DNA of 64,000 bases from Nitrosarchaeum sp. (GTDB taxonomy: Archaea; Thermoproteota; Nitrososphaeria; Nitrososphaerales; Nitrosopumilaceae), in the NCBI GenBank assembly GCA_965223865.1, contig OZ245020.1:864001-928000 (forward strand), given 5' to 3'. A program made the translations under genes and the position numbers. Positions within the stretch are counted from its first letter, which is position 1. Each line of letters opens with the position of its first letter. The notes under the pieces are model-generated. The model had not been told where the DNA came from. It did not search any database and saw only the letters and a program-made list of their open reading frames with translations. Positions 22,119 through 31,984 of this stretch are shown here, one piece after another.

Positions 22119-23261
22119 ATGCCTCAATCAGGAATTGTCAAATATCATGTTAAACTTTCCTTTGAAGTTGATGGGCTCGTTGAAAGAGCAGACATAATCG
22201 GAGCAATCTTTGGCCAAACAGAAGGACTGTTAGGCCCTGAGATGAATCTAAATGAACTGCAACGAGTTTCAAAAGTTGGACGTATAGAAGTAAATTCAAA
22301 ATCTACCGCTAATACAACAGCAGGAGATGCTCTAATTCCAATGAGTACTGATATTGACACTTGTGCGTTAATTGCAGCAGGAATTGAGAGTATTGATAAG
22401 GTCGGTCCTTTTGATTGCAGCTTTAAACTGGATTCCATTGATGATGTTAGAGCAGCAAAGAAAGACGATATTGTAAAACGTGCAAAGGAAATCAAACAGC
22501 GCTGGGCAACAAAAACTGTTAGTGAAGGCGAAAGCATGCTAAAAGATGTTCATGCCGGTGATTCTGGAAAACTTACAACATATGGACCATCTAAATTAAC
22601 ATGTAGTTCTGGAGTCTTTGACTCAAACTGGATAATTCTAGTGGAAGGAAGAGCTGATGTGATCAATCTTCTAAGAGCTGGTTATGATAATTCAATTGCT
22701 ATCGAAGGAGCAAAAATAGATGAATCTATCAAAGAACTATGTTCCTCAAAGGATAACATTGTTGCATTTACTGATGGTGATAGAGCAGGTGGATTTATCC
22801 TTAAAGAACTCAAATCAGTTGTTCCAATTGATTATGATCTACGAGCTGATACTGGAATTGAAGTTGAAGAGTTGACTCCTGAAAGAATTGATGAACTTCT
22901 TAGCCCCATAGCTGAAGAAATTAAATCTGGCGTTCCTGTACCTACCTTGAAGAGTGAAAATGACAAACCTATTGCCGAAATGGCAGCTAAAATTTACCCC
23001 GACCTTAATGAAACACTAGAAGCAATTGCATTAGATGAAAGCCAAAAGGAAATATTTAAAGTTCCAATTAGCGAAGTTGTTAGCAAACTATCAACACAAT
23101 CTGGAATAAAATATCTCTTGCTTGATGGTATTATCACACAGAGACTTTTAGAAGGTGCAAAAAATGCTGGCATTGAGTGCGTAATAGGCCATAGAGTTGC
23201 AAAACTAACAAACTCTGATGGATTAACCCTTAAAACATTCGGTGACTTGGGAATAGCATAG
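22119..23261 (+). CDS. dnaG: Archaeal DnaG (primase-like, exosome-associated)
   Basis: GAIFGQTEGLLG, VEGRADV, DGDRAG. Confidence 0.95.
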   Translation: MPQSGIVKYHVKLSFEVDGLVERADIIGAIFGQTEGLLGPEMNLNELQRVSKVGRIEVNSKSTANTTAGDALIPMSTDIDTCALIAAGIESIDKVGPFDCSFKLDSIDDVRAAKKDDIVKRAKEIKQRWATKTVSEGESMLKDVHAGDSGKLTTYGPSKLTCSSGVFDSNWIILVEGRADVINLLRAGYDNSIAIEGAKIDESIKELCSSKDNIVAFTDGDRAGGFILKELKSVVPIDYDLRADTGIEVEELTPERIDELLSPIAEEIKSGVPVPTLKSENDKPIAEMAAKIYPDLNETLEAIALDESQKEIFKVPISEVVSKLSTQSGIKYLLLDGIITQRLLEGAKNAGIECVIGHRVAKLTNSDGLTLKTFGDLGIA

Positions 23262-23270
23262 GTCTACTAG

Positions 23271-23954
23271 ATGACTGAACTAAAAACTCAGCACATCTTA
23301 ACTCTCGCCTATCTTCTTTCAAAAGGAGCAAAAAATAACTTTGTTACCTTCACGACATCTTCGTTAGGAAAAAACATAAAAAAATCTCAACAGGCTGCCT
23401 CTAAACATCTCATAGAACTTGAAAATAATCAATTCATTGAAAGAATAATTAGTGGACGAAACATTTCAGTTAAAATCACTCAAAAGGGATTTTCAGAAAT
23501 AATCCGGCTATCAACAATTCTTCAAAAAAGTCTAGACTCATCTCCCTCTGATGTGGAACTCCAAGGAACTTTAGTTTCAGGGATGGGAGAAGGAGCCTAC
23601 TATATGTCTCTTAAAGGTTACACAACACAATTCAAATCTAAAATTGGTTATATTCCCTTTCCTGGAACTCTGAACGTTAAATTAGACAAAAAAGTACATC
23701 AAGAGGTAATTAAACAATTTGAGACTTTGAATGGTATTATGATAAAGAGTTTTTCAGATGGAAAGCGGACCTACGGGTGGGTAAAATGCTTTCCTGCAAA
23801 AATTAATCAGACAATAGATTGTCAATTAATAATTTTAGAGCGAACTCATCATGATAGTTCGATTATTGAATTGATCTCAAAAATTTGCATCAGAAAATCT
23901 GGTAAATTAAAAGATGGCTCCAAAATAACAATTAAGATCCCAATCCAATCTTAA
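23271..23954 (+). CDS. ribK: CTP-dependent riboflavin kinase with N-terminal HTH
   Basis: SQQAASKHL, SGMGEGAYY, PFPGTLN, ERTHH. Confidence 0.92.
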   Translation: MTELKTQHILTLAYLLSKGAKNNFVTFTTSSLGKNIKKSQQAASKHLIELENNQFIERIISGRNISVKITQKGFSEIIRLSTILQKSLDSSPSDVELQGTLVSGMGEGAYYMSLKGYTTQFKSKIGYIPFPGTLNVKLDKKVHQEVIKQFETLNGIMIKSFSDGKRTYGWVKCFPAKINQTIDCQLIILERTHHDSSIIELISKICIRKSGKLKDGSKITIKIPIQS

Positions 23955-23972
23955 ACCATACCTCAGACAAAA

Positions 23973-24446
23973 GTGATTAATACAACAATTGAGTCATCCT
24001 TGTTGAGTTTGTTTAATCAAATTACAGTTGCAATTATTACTCCAACTCATGATAAAAAATCGTTTGATCTTGGATTAAAAATGGCAAAGAAACTTGAATG
24101 CCCTCTTTCCATTATAGAATGCTTCTATCAACAGCCCCCAATGTTTCATTTCTTTGAAACAAAAGCAGATAAAAAATCTCTTCAAAATAGAAAAGACAAA
24201 ATTAAATCAGAATTAGTAAAATGGGAAAAAATTGCAGAAAAAGAAAACGTTCCAATAAAAACTAAATTTGCATTGACTGATTCTATTGCACATTGGGTAA
24301 TTGATTATGTAATAGAAAATGATGTTGATCTTTTAATTGTGGATTATCCCAAACTTTCAATGACAGAATCTACCCACTATGATGATATTATTAACACAAT
24401 TCATCATAAAGCAAAATGTCATATTCTTACTACAAAACAATATTGA
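23973..24446 (+). CDS. Universal stress protein family
   Basis: IAHWVIDYVIENDVDLLIV...HKAKCHIL. Confidence 0.75.
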   Translation: MINTTIESSLLSLFNQITVAIITPTHDKKSFDLGLKMAKKLECPLSIIECFYQQPPMFHFFETKADKKSLQNRKDKIKSELVKWEKIAEKENVPIKTKFALTDSIAHWVIDYVIENDVDLLIVDYPKLSMTESTHYDDIINTIHHKAKCHILTTKQY

Positions 24447-24452
24447 TTCAAA

Positions 24453-25070
24453 TTAAATTCCGTGAATTGATTCACCATACTCTTTTTCAATCTTTGAACT
24501 AGAGCTGTCCGGAATTGGCGATTGTAATCTTGCAACTTTTGCATCTAGTTTTATCCGTATACATCCATCTTTGATGAATTTTTCTTGATGAACCTGATCA
24601 TATCCTAAAGCAATAATTTGAGGCCTTACACGATTTACTGTCTTGAAAATATCATCTTCTTGGCCCACAAGACAAAGGTCTACCATTACCAAAGAGTTGA
24701 CTAATTCTTGGCGTTGGTCTTGACTGTGTAGAGGTTTTCGTTTTTTCATCTTTATTGTAGTGTTGTCTGTTGCAACCACTACAACTAGAACATCACCAAG
24801 CAGACGTGCCGCGTTTAAGGTGTAAATGTGACCTGGATGAATAATGTCAAAGACTCCTCCTGCTAAAACTACCCTGAGGGAATTTCTGCCAAGTTCCGTT
24901 AATGTTGTTCTATCTTCATTTACGAGTTGACTTTTTATCAATTCGTCAATTTTTGAATTGATAATATTTTCTGAAATTTTATTTTTTTTTTGGATAATAT
25001 TCATTGGAGATTTTCCCTTTAGTTGGCCTACGTATATTGCCGTCAAGATTGATTTTTCTAATAATTCCAA
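24453..25070 (-). CDS. ribL: FAD synthase (cytidylyltransferase family) with N-terminal extension
   Basis: GGVFDIIHPGH, ALGYDQ, SSSKI. Confidence 0.8.
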   Translation of the reverse strand: MELLEKSILTAIYVGQLKGKSPMNIIQKKNKISENIINSKIDELIKSQLVNEDRTTLTELGRNSLRVVLAGGVFDIIHPGHIYTLNAARLLGDVLVVVVATDNTTIKMKKRKPLHSQDQRQELVNSLVMVDLCLVGQEDDIFKTVNRVRPQIIALGYDQVHQEKFIKDGCIRIKLDAKVARLQSPIPDSSSSKIEKEYGESIHGI

Positions 25071-25112
25071 TGCGGTTTATCCTATCTTCTCTCTCTTTAA
25101 TTCATCGTTTAA

Positions 25113-26150
25113 CTACATCTTTGGATCTAGACCTTTAGCTAATCTTAGAGCATCTATGAGCCCATCAGCATATCCAATACTCAATATTGCTACTTCATCT
25201 TGGCCATCTTCCAGAAACTTTTCTGCATCTTGAATATACAATTCAGCATTTTCCAAAATTATTTGAAATTCTTTTTTGTCTTTGTAATATGGTTCTATCT
25301 CTCCTAATGCCTCTCTTATCATTGGCACATATTTCCTCATCATTTGTTTTGATATCTTTATTGTATACTCAGAATTGTCTATTGGCTCGTCAAGACATTT
25401 TGAAAATATTTTCAGAGCGTCTGATTCTGTAAAGTGTAATCTTCCTGTAATTATTATTGTATGTGGTGGTTTCCCAAAGTCTGTTTTCTTTAGATTTGAA
25501 ATTTTTCCAGAAACTATTGATTGATTTTTAAATCCAATTCTTGATGCAACGATTGCATACGTTGATTGATTAATAACATTTCTTCTCTGACCTTTTTCAG
25601 TTTCAATTAATCCCAAAAGAGCATCTTTTGGATCCAAGAAAAAGTCCTTGTCTTGATTATATTCTAGTAATAATACAGTGTGATTTCCTTCTATGATGTT
25701 TTTGTAAATGATATAGTAGGGTGTTGTAAGGGATTTCATTTCACTCATTATGGTTGCAATTCTTCCAACTTTGTAAAAATGAAGACCACATTCCCCTATA
25801 AGTGAGGTAAGTGAAGAGGCTGCATGAATTGAATATGTCTTTATTTTCTGCTCAATTGCTCTTGCCCTTAATTCAATATGAGTTGTTGCAATATATGGAT
25901 CCCCGTATGATAATAATACTGTTTTTTTCTTTTTTGCATTTTGTAAAATCTCATTTCCATCTTCTACTAGCCATCTTTTGGCAGGTTTGAATTTTCCTTT
26001 AACCAATTTTTTGATTTTTGTAAAATCTGATTTACCAATTGGACTGGTGAATTGTTCAAGGTATACGATATCTGCTTTTGCTAAGATATCTATTGCCTCA
26101 ACTGAAATCGATTTTGAACCTGAAACTCCAAGTCCTATAAACCAAAGCAT
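25113..26150 (-). CDS. dph5: Diphthine synthase with C-terminal DUF357-like domain
   Basis: LWFIGLG, YLEQFTS, GDPYIATTH, HTVLLLE; C-terminal YIQDAEKFL...YADGLIDA. Confidence 0.92.
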   Translation of the reverse strand: MLWFIGLGVSGSKSISVEAIDILAKADIVYLEQFTSPIGKSDFTKIKKLVKGKFKPAKRWLVEDGNEILQNAKKKKTVLLSYGDPYIATTHIELRARAIEQKIKTYSIHAASSLTSLIGECGLHFYKVGRIATIMSEMKSLTTPYYIIYKNIIEGNHTVLLLEYNQDKDFFLDPKDALLGLIETEKGQRRNVINQSTYAIVASRIGFKNQSIVSGKISNLKKTDFGKPPHTIIITGRLHFTESDALKIFSKCLDEPIDNSEYTIKISKQMMRKYVPMIREALGEIEPYYKDKKEFQIILENAELYIQDAEKFLEDGQDEVAILSIGYADGLIDALRLAKGLDPKM

Positions 26151-27277
26151 TACTGCATCTTTCTATCATGGAGTCTTTTTAAGTGCTGTAGAGTTTTCTT
26201 GAGAATTTCAATTCCTCTGAGATATTCATCAATTGAAACCTTCTCATCAATAGTATGGGCCTCATGAGGGTCTCCAGGACCATATGTTACCACTGGTATA
26301 TTCCATTGGTTTCCAATTACATTCATGTCTCCTGTACCAGTTTTTCTGATTAATGTAGGTCTTGAATGCTCTGTTTCCATTATTCCCAAAGTAAACGCTC
26401 TTACAAGCGGCGAGTTATGTGGAGCCTCAAAGGGTTCTGTTTCATCGAGAATTGAATAAAATACTTCGACATCTCTTTTCTCTGCAATTTCTTTTACAAG
26501 ACTAGAAATTTTTTGTTCTACAGATTTGCAATTCATATCTACTGGAATTCTAATGTCGAAAGTTGAAACACATTCTTTTGGTGTAACATTGTGACTTGTA
26601 CCCCCGTTAATTTCAGTTAAAGTTACAGTTAGCAACATACCTTTTGTTCTGTTTTCTTGTCCTGATTCCAAACTTTCTTTGAACTCTTTTACAAATATCA
26701 TTGATTCTTGAATTGCATTTTTTGAAAGCCACGGAGCACTTGCATGTGCACTATCTTGAACACTTACCTTGAGATTTATTGCCAGTCTTCCTTTGTATGC
26801 GATTGTAACTTGTTTAATTCCACTTGGTTCTCCAAAAATCGCATAATCTACATTCATATCATTTTTAACCAAATTCTTGATTCCTGTTGCGTTTCCTTCT
26901 TCATCTACTGCACCGACAAATGTAACCGTTCCATTGTTGTTTTGAATTGATGCAGCTGCAAAAAGCATTGCCATTAATGGTGCCTTTGCATCTGATGCCC
27001 CTCGTCCATAAAGAGAATCTCCTTCTTTTCTCACCTTTACTTTTCCTGGAACTACATCCATGTGTCCACAAAGGAGAATTTTTGGGGAACCTGATCCTTT
27101 CTTTGCAATGATGTTACCAACTTCATCAATGTGAATATCTTCAAATCCTAAATCATCACATTTGTCAGCCAAAAATTCTGCCATCGGCTTTTCGCTTAGA
27201 GATGGGGTGTAAAGCTTTAGTGCTTTTTCAAGCATCTTCACGGCAAATCTTGGTGTTACAGTAAACGTTGTGTCCAA
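26150..27277 (-). CDS. lysK: [LysW]-lysine/[LysW]-ornithine hydrolase (M20)
   Basis: GHMDVV, GRGASDAKA, DEE, KTGTGDMN, YGPGD..AHT; context. Confidence 0.9.
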   Translation of the reverse strand: MDTTFTVTPRFAVKMLEKALKLYTPSLSEKPMAEFLADKCDDLGFEDIHIDEVGNIIAKKGSGSPKILLCGHMDVVPGKVKVRKEGDSLYGRGASDAKAPLMAMLFAAASIQNNNGTVTFVGAVDEEGNATGIKNLVKNDMNVDYAIFGEPSGIKQVTIAYKGRLAINLKVSVQDSAHASAPWLSKNAIQESMIFVKEFKESLESGQENRTKGMLLTVTLTEINGGTSHNVTPKECVSTFDIRIPVDMNCKSVEQKISSLVKEIAEKRDVEVFYSILDETEPFEAPHNSPLVRAFTLGIMETEHSRPTLIRKTGTGDMNVIGNQWNIPVVTYGPGDPHEAHTIDEKVSIDEYLRGIEILKKTLQHLKRLHDRKMQ

Positions 27278-27283
27278 TTCTTA

Positions 27284-28129
27284 TTATTTTGATTTGAGGG
27301 CATAATCAAGCATTAATGAAGGGATATCAACACTACATACTCGAACTGTATTTTTGTACTCTGTTGTGTTATTGACCTCATGAACCACTAATCCTCTTTC
27401 ATCACTTTCCATCAAATCTACTCCTACTATGTCTCCTTGAACTGCATTTTTTGCCTTAATACACATTTCTTCCATCTCGGGTGTAACTTTACACTCTTCT
27501 GCTATTCCTCCCAAAGCCATGTTTGTTTTCCAGTTTCCACTTCCCGAAGTTCTATAGATAGCTGCAACAATTTTATCTCCTACCATAATTGCTCTAATGT
27601 CTCTTGGGGGTCGTTTGACAAATTCCTCTAAATAATGAATCTGATAAATTGGATACATGTTTTCCCTGCTTTCAATAATTCCTTCTGCAGAATCCTTGTC
27701 ATTCAATTTTGAAATTAATCTCCCCCAACTCCCAACAGTTGGTTTTATTACTTTTGGATATCCTTGTGTCTCGAGTGCCTCTAAAGCTGCATCTTTAGAA
27801 AATGCAACCGTTGCATATGGTGTTGGAACTCCTAACTTTTTCAGAAGCATATGTGTGAAAAGTTTGTTTCCTGCAAAAATTCCTGTATTTAGACAATTAA
27901 TTACCTTAACTCCTAACCCTTCTAATGCTGCAGTAGAGTGCAAGTTTCTGTAATAACTAACACATCTCTGAATAACTACTCCATAATCTTCTGGTTTTTT
28001 TTCTAATTCTACAGCTAATTTTTTACAATCAACCATCTGAATATTGATATTATTTTTTTTACCTGCCTCTAAGAGTGCCTTTTCTTCCCAACGGATGGTA
28101 TCGTAAAGAATTGTAACTTCAGGGCTCAC
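27284..28129 (-). CDS. lysX: alpha-aminoadipate--LysW ligase (ATP-grasp)
   Basis: GSWGRL loop, WKTNMALGG, EVNNTTEYKNT (Asn-type LysX signature); GTG start overlaps the lysW stop; next to homocitrate synthase. Confidence 0.88.
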   Translation of the reverse strand: MSPEVTILYDTIRWEEKALLEAGKKNNINIQMVDCKKLAVELEKKPEDYGVVIQRCVSYYRNLHSTAALEGLGVKVINCLNTGIFAGNKLFTHMLLKKLGVPTPYATVAFSKDAALEALETQGYPKVIKPTVGSWGRLISKLNDKDSAEGIIESRENMYPIYQIHYLEEFVKRPPRDIRAIMVGDKIVAAIYRTSGSGNWKTNMALGGIAEECKVTPEMEEMCIKAKNAVQGDIVGVDLMESDERGLVVHEVNNTTEYKNTVRVCSVDIPSLMLDYALKSK

Positions 28130-28293
28130 TGTCCCCAATCCTCGCCAACCGTTTGGGCAGGCTTGAGATCGAAACCATCTGAACCTTTTGCTAATTCAAA
28201 ACTTGCGCCGCATTCCGGACATGTTACAATTTCTCCCTCCAATGCATCACTTGGAATTGAAATTTCTGCATCGCATTCTTCACATTTTGACAT
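28126..28293 (-). CDS. lysW: LysW amino-group carrier, lysine-branch copy, C-terminus EDWGQ
   Basis: Hand-translated MSKCEECDAEISIPSDALEGEIVTCPECGASFELAKGSDGFDLKPAQTVGEDWGQ. Confidence 0.92.
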   Translation of the reverse strand: MSKCEECDAEISIPSDALEGEIVTCPECGASFELAKGSDGFDLKPAQTVGEDWGQ

Positions 28294-28315
28294 ATTTTTT
28301 CCTCATTCTTCCTCT

Positions 28316-29482
28316 TTATTTGTCATTAATTATCTTTTTTTCAAGTCGGTCCTCAAGTGGAATCTCAATGAGATCTCCCATTCTTAGTCCTTTGAGACCT
28401 GAAGCCACTGCTTTTGCATGCTCATCATCTTTTTCCAGTCCTAACAAAGACATCAGGTAAGCAGCACCTGTTTTACCTGCCAGTTCACCAAATACAATCC
28501 TCCTTCTATTCCCTACAGCTCGTGGCGGGATTGGTTCATAGGCTGCGGGATTTCTGAGAATTGCTGCAAGATGAGTTCCTGCTTTGTGTTTGTATGCTGA
28601 AGAACCAACAATTGGTTTAGAGTCATATGGTTTGATTGATGTGTATTCCTCAATAAGTCTTGACAAATCTAGAAGCATATCTAGTCTGAAGTCATTTGGT
28701 GATTTGTATAGGTATGTTAATGCAACTGCAACTTCGGCAAGGGGTGGAATTCCTGTTCTCTCACCAATTCCATCAATCGTGGTATGAATTTGGTCAACTC
28801 CTGCATCACATGCAGCAAATGCATTGGCAACAGCAAATCCAATATCATTATGAACATGTGCATCAAGTGGTACATCAATAACTTCTCGCACCTTTTTTAC
28901 AAAATTATACATCCCGATAGGACGAAGAATTCCAACAGTATCTGGCAAACTAATTCTGTCTACTCCAGCATCTTCAATGGCTTTACACATATCAAGTAAA
29001 AATTCTGGTTCTGCCCTACTCCCATCTTCTACTGTAAATCTTATTTTTAATCCATGAGATTTTGCATATTCTACGGTTTCAACTGCTCTTTCCATTGCTT
29101 TTTCTCTTGAAATTCTTAACTTGTCTTTAAGATGAATATCTGAAATGCCAAGATAAGCAGCACACCATTTTGCATCACAACTTAATGAAACGTCAATGTC
29201 TTCTTTAAGTGCTCTACCATGTGAGACAATGTCTGCTTTTAACCCTTGTTTGATGATAGTTTTAGTTGCTTCTCTGTGATCATCTGAAACAACTGGTGAG
29301 ATTTCTATTTGATCTACTCCAAAATAATCTAGCATCCATGCAATTTGGATTCTTTGCTTGTTGGTAAATGAAACTCCTGGATGTTGCTCTCCTTCTCTCA
29401 GAGTGCTGTCTAGTACTCTAATTTTCTTTGGATTTTTTTCATATGCATTGTACAGATTTGCATAGTGATTCGGATCTTTCAT
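28316..29482 (-). CDS. Homocitrate synthase (DRE-TIM family)
   Basis: LDSTLREGEQ, HVHND, GIGERTG, HKAGTH; lys cluster context. Confidence 0.85.
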   Translation of the reverse strand: MKDPNHYANLYNAYEKNPKKIRVLDSTLREGEQHPGVSFTNKQRIQIAWMLDYFGVDQIEISPVVSDDHREATKTIIKQGLKADIVSHGRALKEDIDVSLSCDAKWCAAYLGISDIHLKDKLRISREKAMERAVETVEYAKSHGLKIRFTVEDGSRAEPEFLLDMCKAIEDAGVDRISLPDTVGILRPIGMYNFVKKVREVIDVPLDAHVHNDIGFAVANAFAACDAGVDQIHTTIDGIGERTGIPPLAEVAVALTYLYKSPNDFRLDMLLDLSRLIEEYTSIKPYDSKPIVGSSAYKHKAGTHLAAILRNPAAYEPIPPRAVGNRRRIVFGELAGKTGAAYLMSLLGLEKDDEHAKAVASGLKGLRMGDLIEIPLEDRLEKKIINDK

Positions 29483-29523
29483 TACATAAATCGCTAACTT
29501 TAATCAAGAATATAAATATATTC

Positions 29524-29599
29524 GTACTAAGGTCGTTTTATTTTGTAATTATTGATCCTAATTTAGTTAGTAATTTTAAAAATGAAACGAAAGTCGTTC
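29524..29599. promoter_or_regulatory. Two LysM-like boxes (GTACTAAGGTCGTTT 29524-29538; AAACGAAAGTCGTTC 29585-29599) upstream of the TATA box of the hcs-lysW-lysX-lysK unit
   Basis: Semi-palindromic 15-mers; the proximal box abuts the TATA-like TATATTTATA (minus strand, about 29509-29520). Confidence 0.55.
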
Positions 29600-30018
29600 T
29601 AGGCTATTTTTCTTAGAATAATGACAGTATTGGTGTCAATTACTCCTGGAATTTTTCTTAGTGCGTCAATACTATTATTGATTTCTGTAATGTTTGATGC
29701 ACTGATAATTGTCGTAATGTCGTACTGTCCAGTAATTTCGTATACTACCTTTACACCATTTAGTTTTGCAAGTTTTGCTGATACCTTGGATGTGTCAGTT
29801 GCTGAATCCACTGATACTAAAACAATTGCGCTTGTTGTATTTTCTTCTCCAAGTTCTAAAGTGAACTTTTTGATTGTACCATTATCTACGAGTTGCTTTA
29901 CTCTTCTTCTTACAGCTGATTCAGAGAGCTTTAGCTTCTTTCCAATATCTACAAATGACTCTCTAGAATCCTCTTTAAGGTATTCGATAATTTTTTCATC
30001 AACTTTATCCTTGTACAT
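29599..30018 (-). CDS. lysM: HTH-type Lrp-family regulator LysM
   Basis: DKVDEKIIEYLKEDSRESF...LSESAVRRRV; YEITGQYDI; context. Confidence 0.88.
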   Translation of the reverse strand: MYKDKVDEKIIEYLKEDSRESFVDIGKKLKLSESAVRRRVKQLVDNGTIKKFTLELGEENTTSAIVLVSVDSATDTSKVSAKLAKLNGVKVVYEITGQYDITTIISASNITEINNSIDALRKIPGVIDTNTVIILRKIA

Positions 30019-31186
30019 TACGAATTTCTTCCTCCTTAGTAAGTACAATATCTAGTGTTTGTAAAACCTTTGCTATGTCTTCTTCAGATATTACTAAGGG
30101 CGGTAAAATTCTAAGAATATTTCTTCCTGAATATAGCATCAAAACTCCTTCTTTGATTAGGTTCATGAGGATGTTTCTTACTTCAAATTTTAACTCAACC
30201 CCTATCATTAGGCCTTTTCCTCTGATCTCTCTTATTATGGTGTGTTTTTCTTTTAGACTTTCTAATCCTTCTTTGAAAATCCTTCCCATTTTTTCTGAAT
30301 TTTCAATCAACCCATCTTCAGTTATTGCTTTTAGTGCTGCAATTCCTGCTGCGCAAGAAAGTGGATTTCCTCCAAACGTTGATGAATGTTCTCCCTTGCT
30401 AATTGAAGCAAGAATATTTGATCTGACAAGTGTTGCTCCCATTGGAACTCCTCCTGCAATTCCCTTTGCAAGACACATGATGTCTGGTGCTGTATTCCAA
30501 TGGTCACAAGCCCATAATCGACCTGTTCTTCCTAAACCTGCTTGAATTTCGTCAAAAATCAGAAGAATTCCTTTTTCATCACATAGTTTTCTAACTTCTT
30601 GCAAGAATCCCTCTGGAGCTACATTAATTCCACTCTCCCCTTGAATTGGTTCTAGAATTACAAATGCTGTATCATCATTTACTACAGAACGAAGTTCATC
30701 AACATCTCCAAAGGATACATATGAAACTTTTTCAACTAGTGGCGCAAATGCTTTTCTATATTTTGGATTAAAAGTCAAAGAAAGTGCTCCAAATGATTTT
30801 CCATGATATGATCCTTTCATTGCGACCATTCCTTTTTTTCCGGTGAACTTTCTTGCAAACTTCATTGCAGCTTCTACTGCTTCTGCACCACTGTTGTTAA
30901 GATGCACTTGAGTCAATCCTTTTGGTGCAAGACCAATTAGTTTTTGCAAAAATTCTTCTCTTGTTTTATTGTAAAGTGAGCTATGGACCGTAATTATTTT
31001 GTCTACTTGATCTTTAATAGCTTTGTTTACTTTTTCATTTTGGTGTCCAACAAGTGCTACTCCATATCCGCCCATACAATCAATGTACTCTTTTCCATCA
31101 ACATCCCATACATGAGCTCCTTTTCCTTTTTCAATAGTAACTGGAAATCTCTGATACAGATTTCCCATAAATTGATCTTCACTCAT
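30005..31186 (-). CDS. lysJ: [LysW]-aminoadipate semialdehyde/glutamate semialdehyde transaminase
   Basis: NSGAEAVE, EPIQGESG, DEIQAGLGRTG, LAKGIAGG. Confidence 0.92.
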   Translation of the reverse strand: MSEDQFMGNLYQRFPVTIEKGKGAHVWDVDGKEYIDCMGGYGVALVGHQNEKVNKAIKDQVDKIITVHSSLYNKTREEFLQKLIGLAPKGLTQVHLNNSGAEAVEAAMKFARKFTGKKGMVAMKGSYHGKSFGALSLTFNPKYRKAFAPLVEKVSYVSFGDVDELRSVVNDDTAFVILEPIQGESGINVAPEGFLQEVRKLCDEKGILLIFDEIQAGLGRTGRLWACDHWNTAPDIMCLAKGIAGGVPMGATLVRSNILASISKGEHSSTFGGNPLSCAAGIAALKAITEDGLIENSEKMGRIFKEGLESLKEKHTIIREIRGKGLMIGVELKFEVRNILMNLIKEGVLMLYSGRNILRILPPLVISEEDIAKVLQTLDIVLTKEEEIRNVQG

Positions 31187-31982
31187 GTTTTATCACAGTA
31201 CAGTTATCATGAGAAATCGCTGATGATATAGGGTTTTCTTTTTGTCCATTTGCAATAATTGCTTCTTTTACTCCCATGTCAAGTGCTTCAGTAGATGCTA
31301 AGATCTTTTTTTCCATTCCTGGTCCAATCTTTGGTCTGATTTCTTTTGCTTCAGCCAAAGTAAGATTTGTAACAAGTTTGTCATCCATTAATAGACCATC
31401 CACATTTGTAATGAACAGAACCTTGTCTGTCCCAACTTTTCCTGATACATATGCTGCTGCTCTATCTCCATCTACATTGAGAAATTCTGATTCTTCACTT
31501 ATTGCAATTGGTGATATTACTGGAACGAGGCCCTGATCAAGCAATGATCTGATAAATTCAGCATTAATATCGGTTATTTTTCCTGTATATCCACCATCTA
31601 TTGCCTGTTTTCGGCCCTTTTCATTGACAATCAGAAGTTTCTTTTTTCTATCTGCTTGAATGATTTTTGCATCAACTCCGGATAACCCTATGGCGTTTAT
31701 TCCATTTTTTTGAAGCATCTGAACAATTGTTTTGTTGATTCTACCTGACATTACCATTGTGAAAATTTCTGCAGTCTCTTTGTCAGTATATCTACTCTTT
31801 ATTCCACTTGGTGATGTAACAAACTTTGGTTCTTTTCCTAGCTGTTCACAAACTTTGGTAACTTCTTTTCCACCACCGTGAACTAAGATGAGTCCTTCAG
31901 TTTCTGCTACTTTTTTTATGTCTGCAATAGTTGACGGATGTAAATTATCTACTACACTTCCACCAATTTTGATAGTGATCAT
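31179..31982 (-). CDS. lysZ: [LysW]-aminoadipate/glutamate kinase
   Basis: IKIGGS, VHGGG, SRYTD, NVDGDRAA, GMEKK. Confidence 0.92.
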   Translation of the reverse strand: MITIKIGGSVVDNLHPSTIADIKKVAETEGLILVHGGGKEVTKVCEQLGKEPKFVTSPSGIKSRYTDKETAEIFTMVMSGRINKTIVQMLQKNGINAIGLSGVDAKIIQADRKKKLLIVNEKGRKQAIDGGYTGKITDINAEFIRSLLDQGLVPVISPIAISEESEFLNVDGDRAAAYVSGKVGTDKVLFITNVDGLLMDDKLVTNLTLAEAKEIRPKIGPGMEKKILASTEALDMGVKEAIIANGQKENPISSAISHDNCTVIKHE

Positions 31983-31984
31983 TT

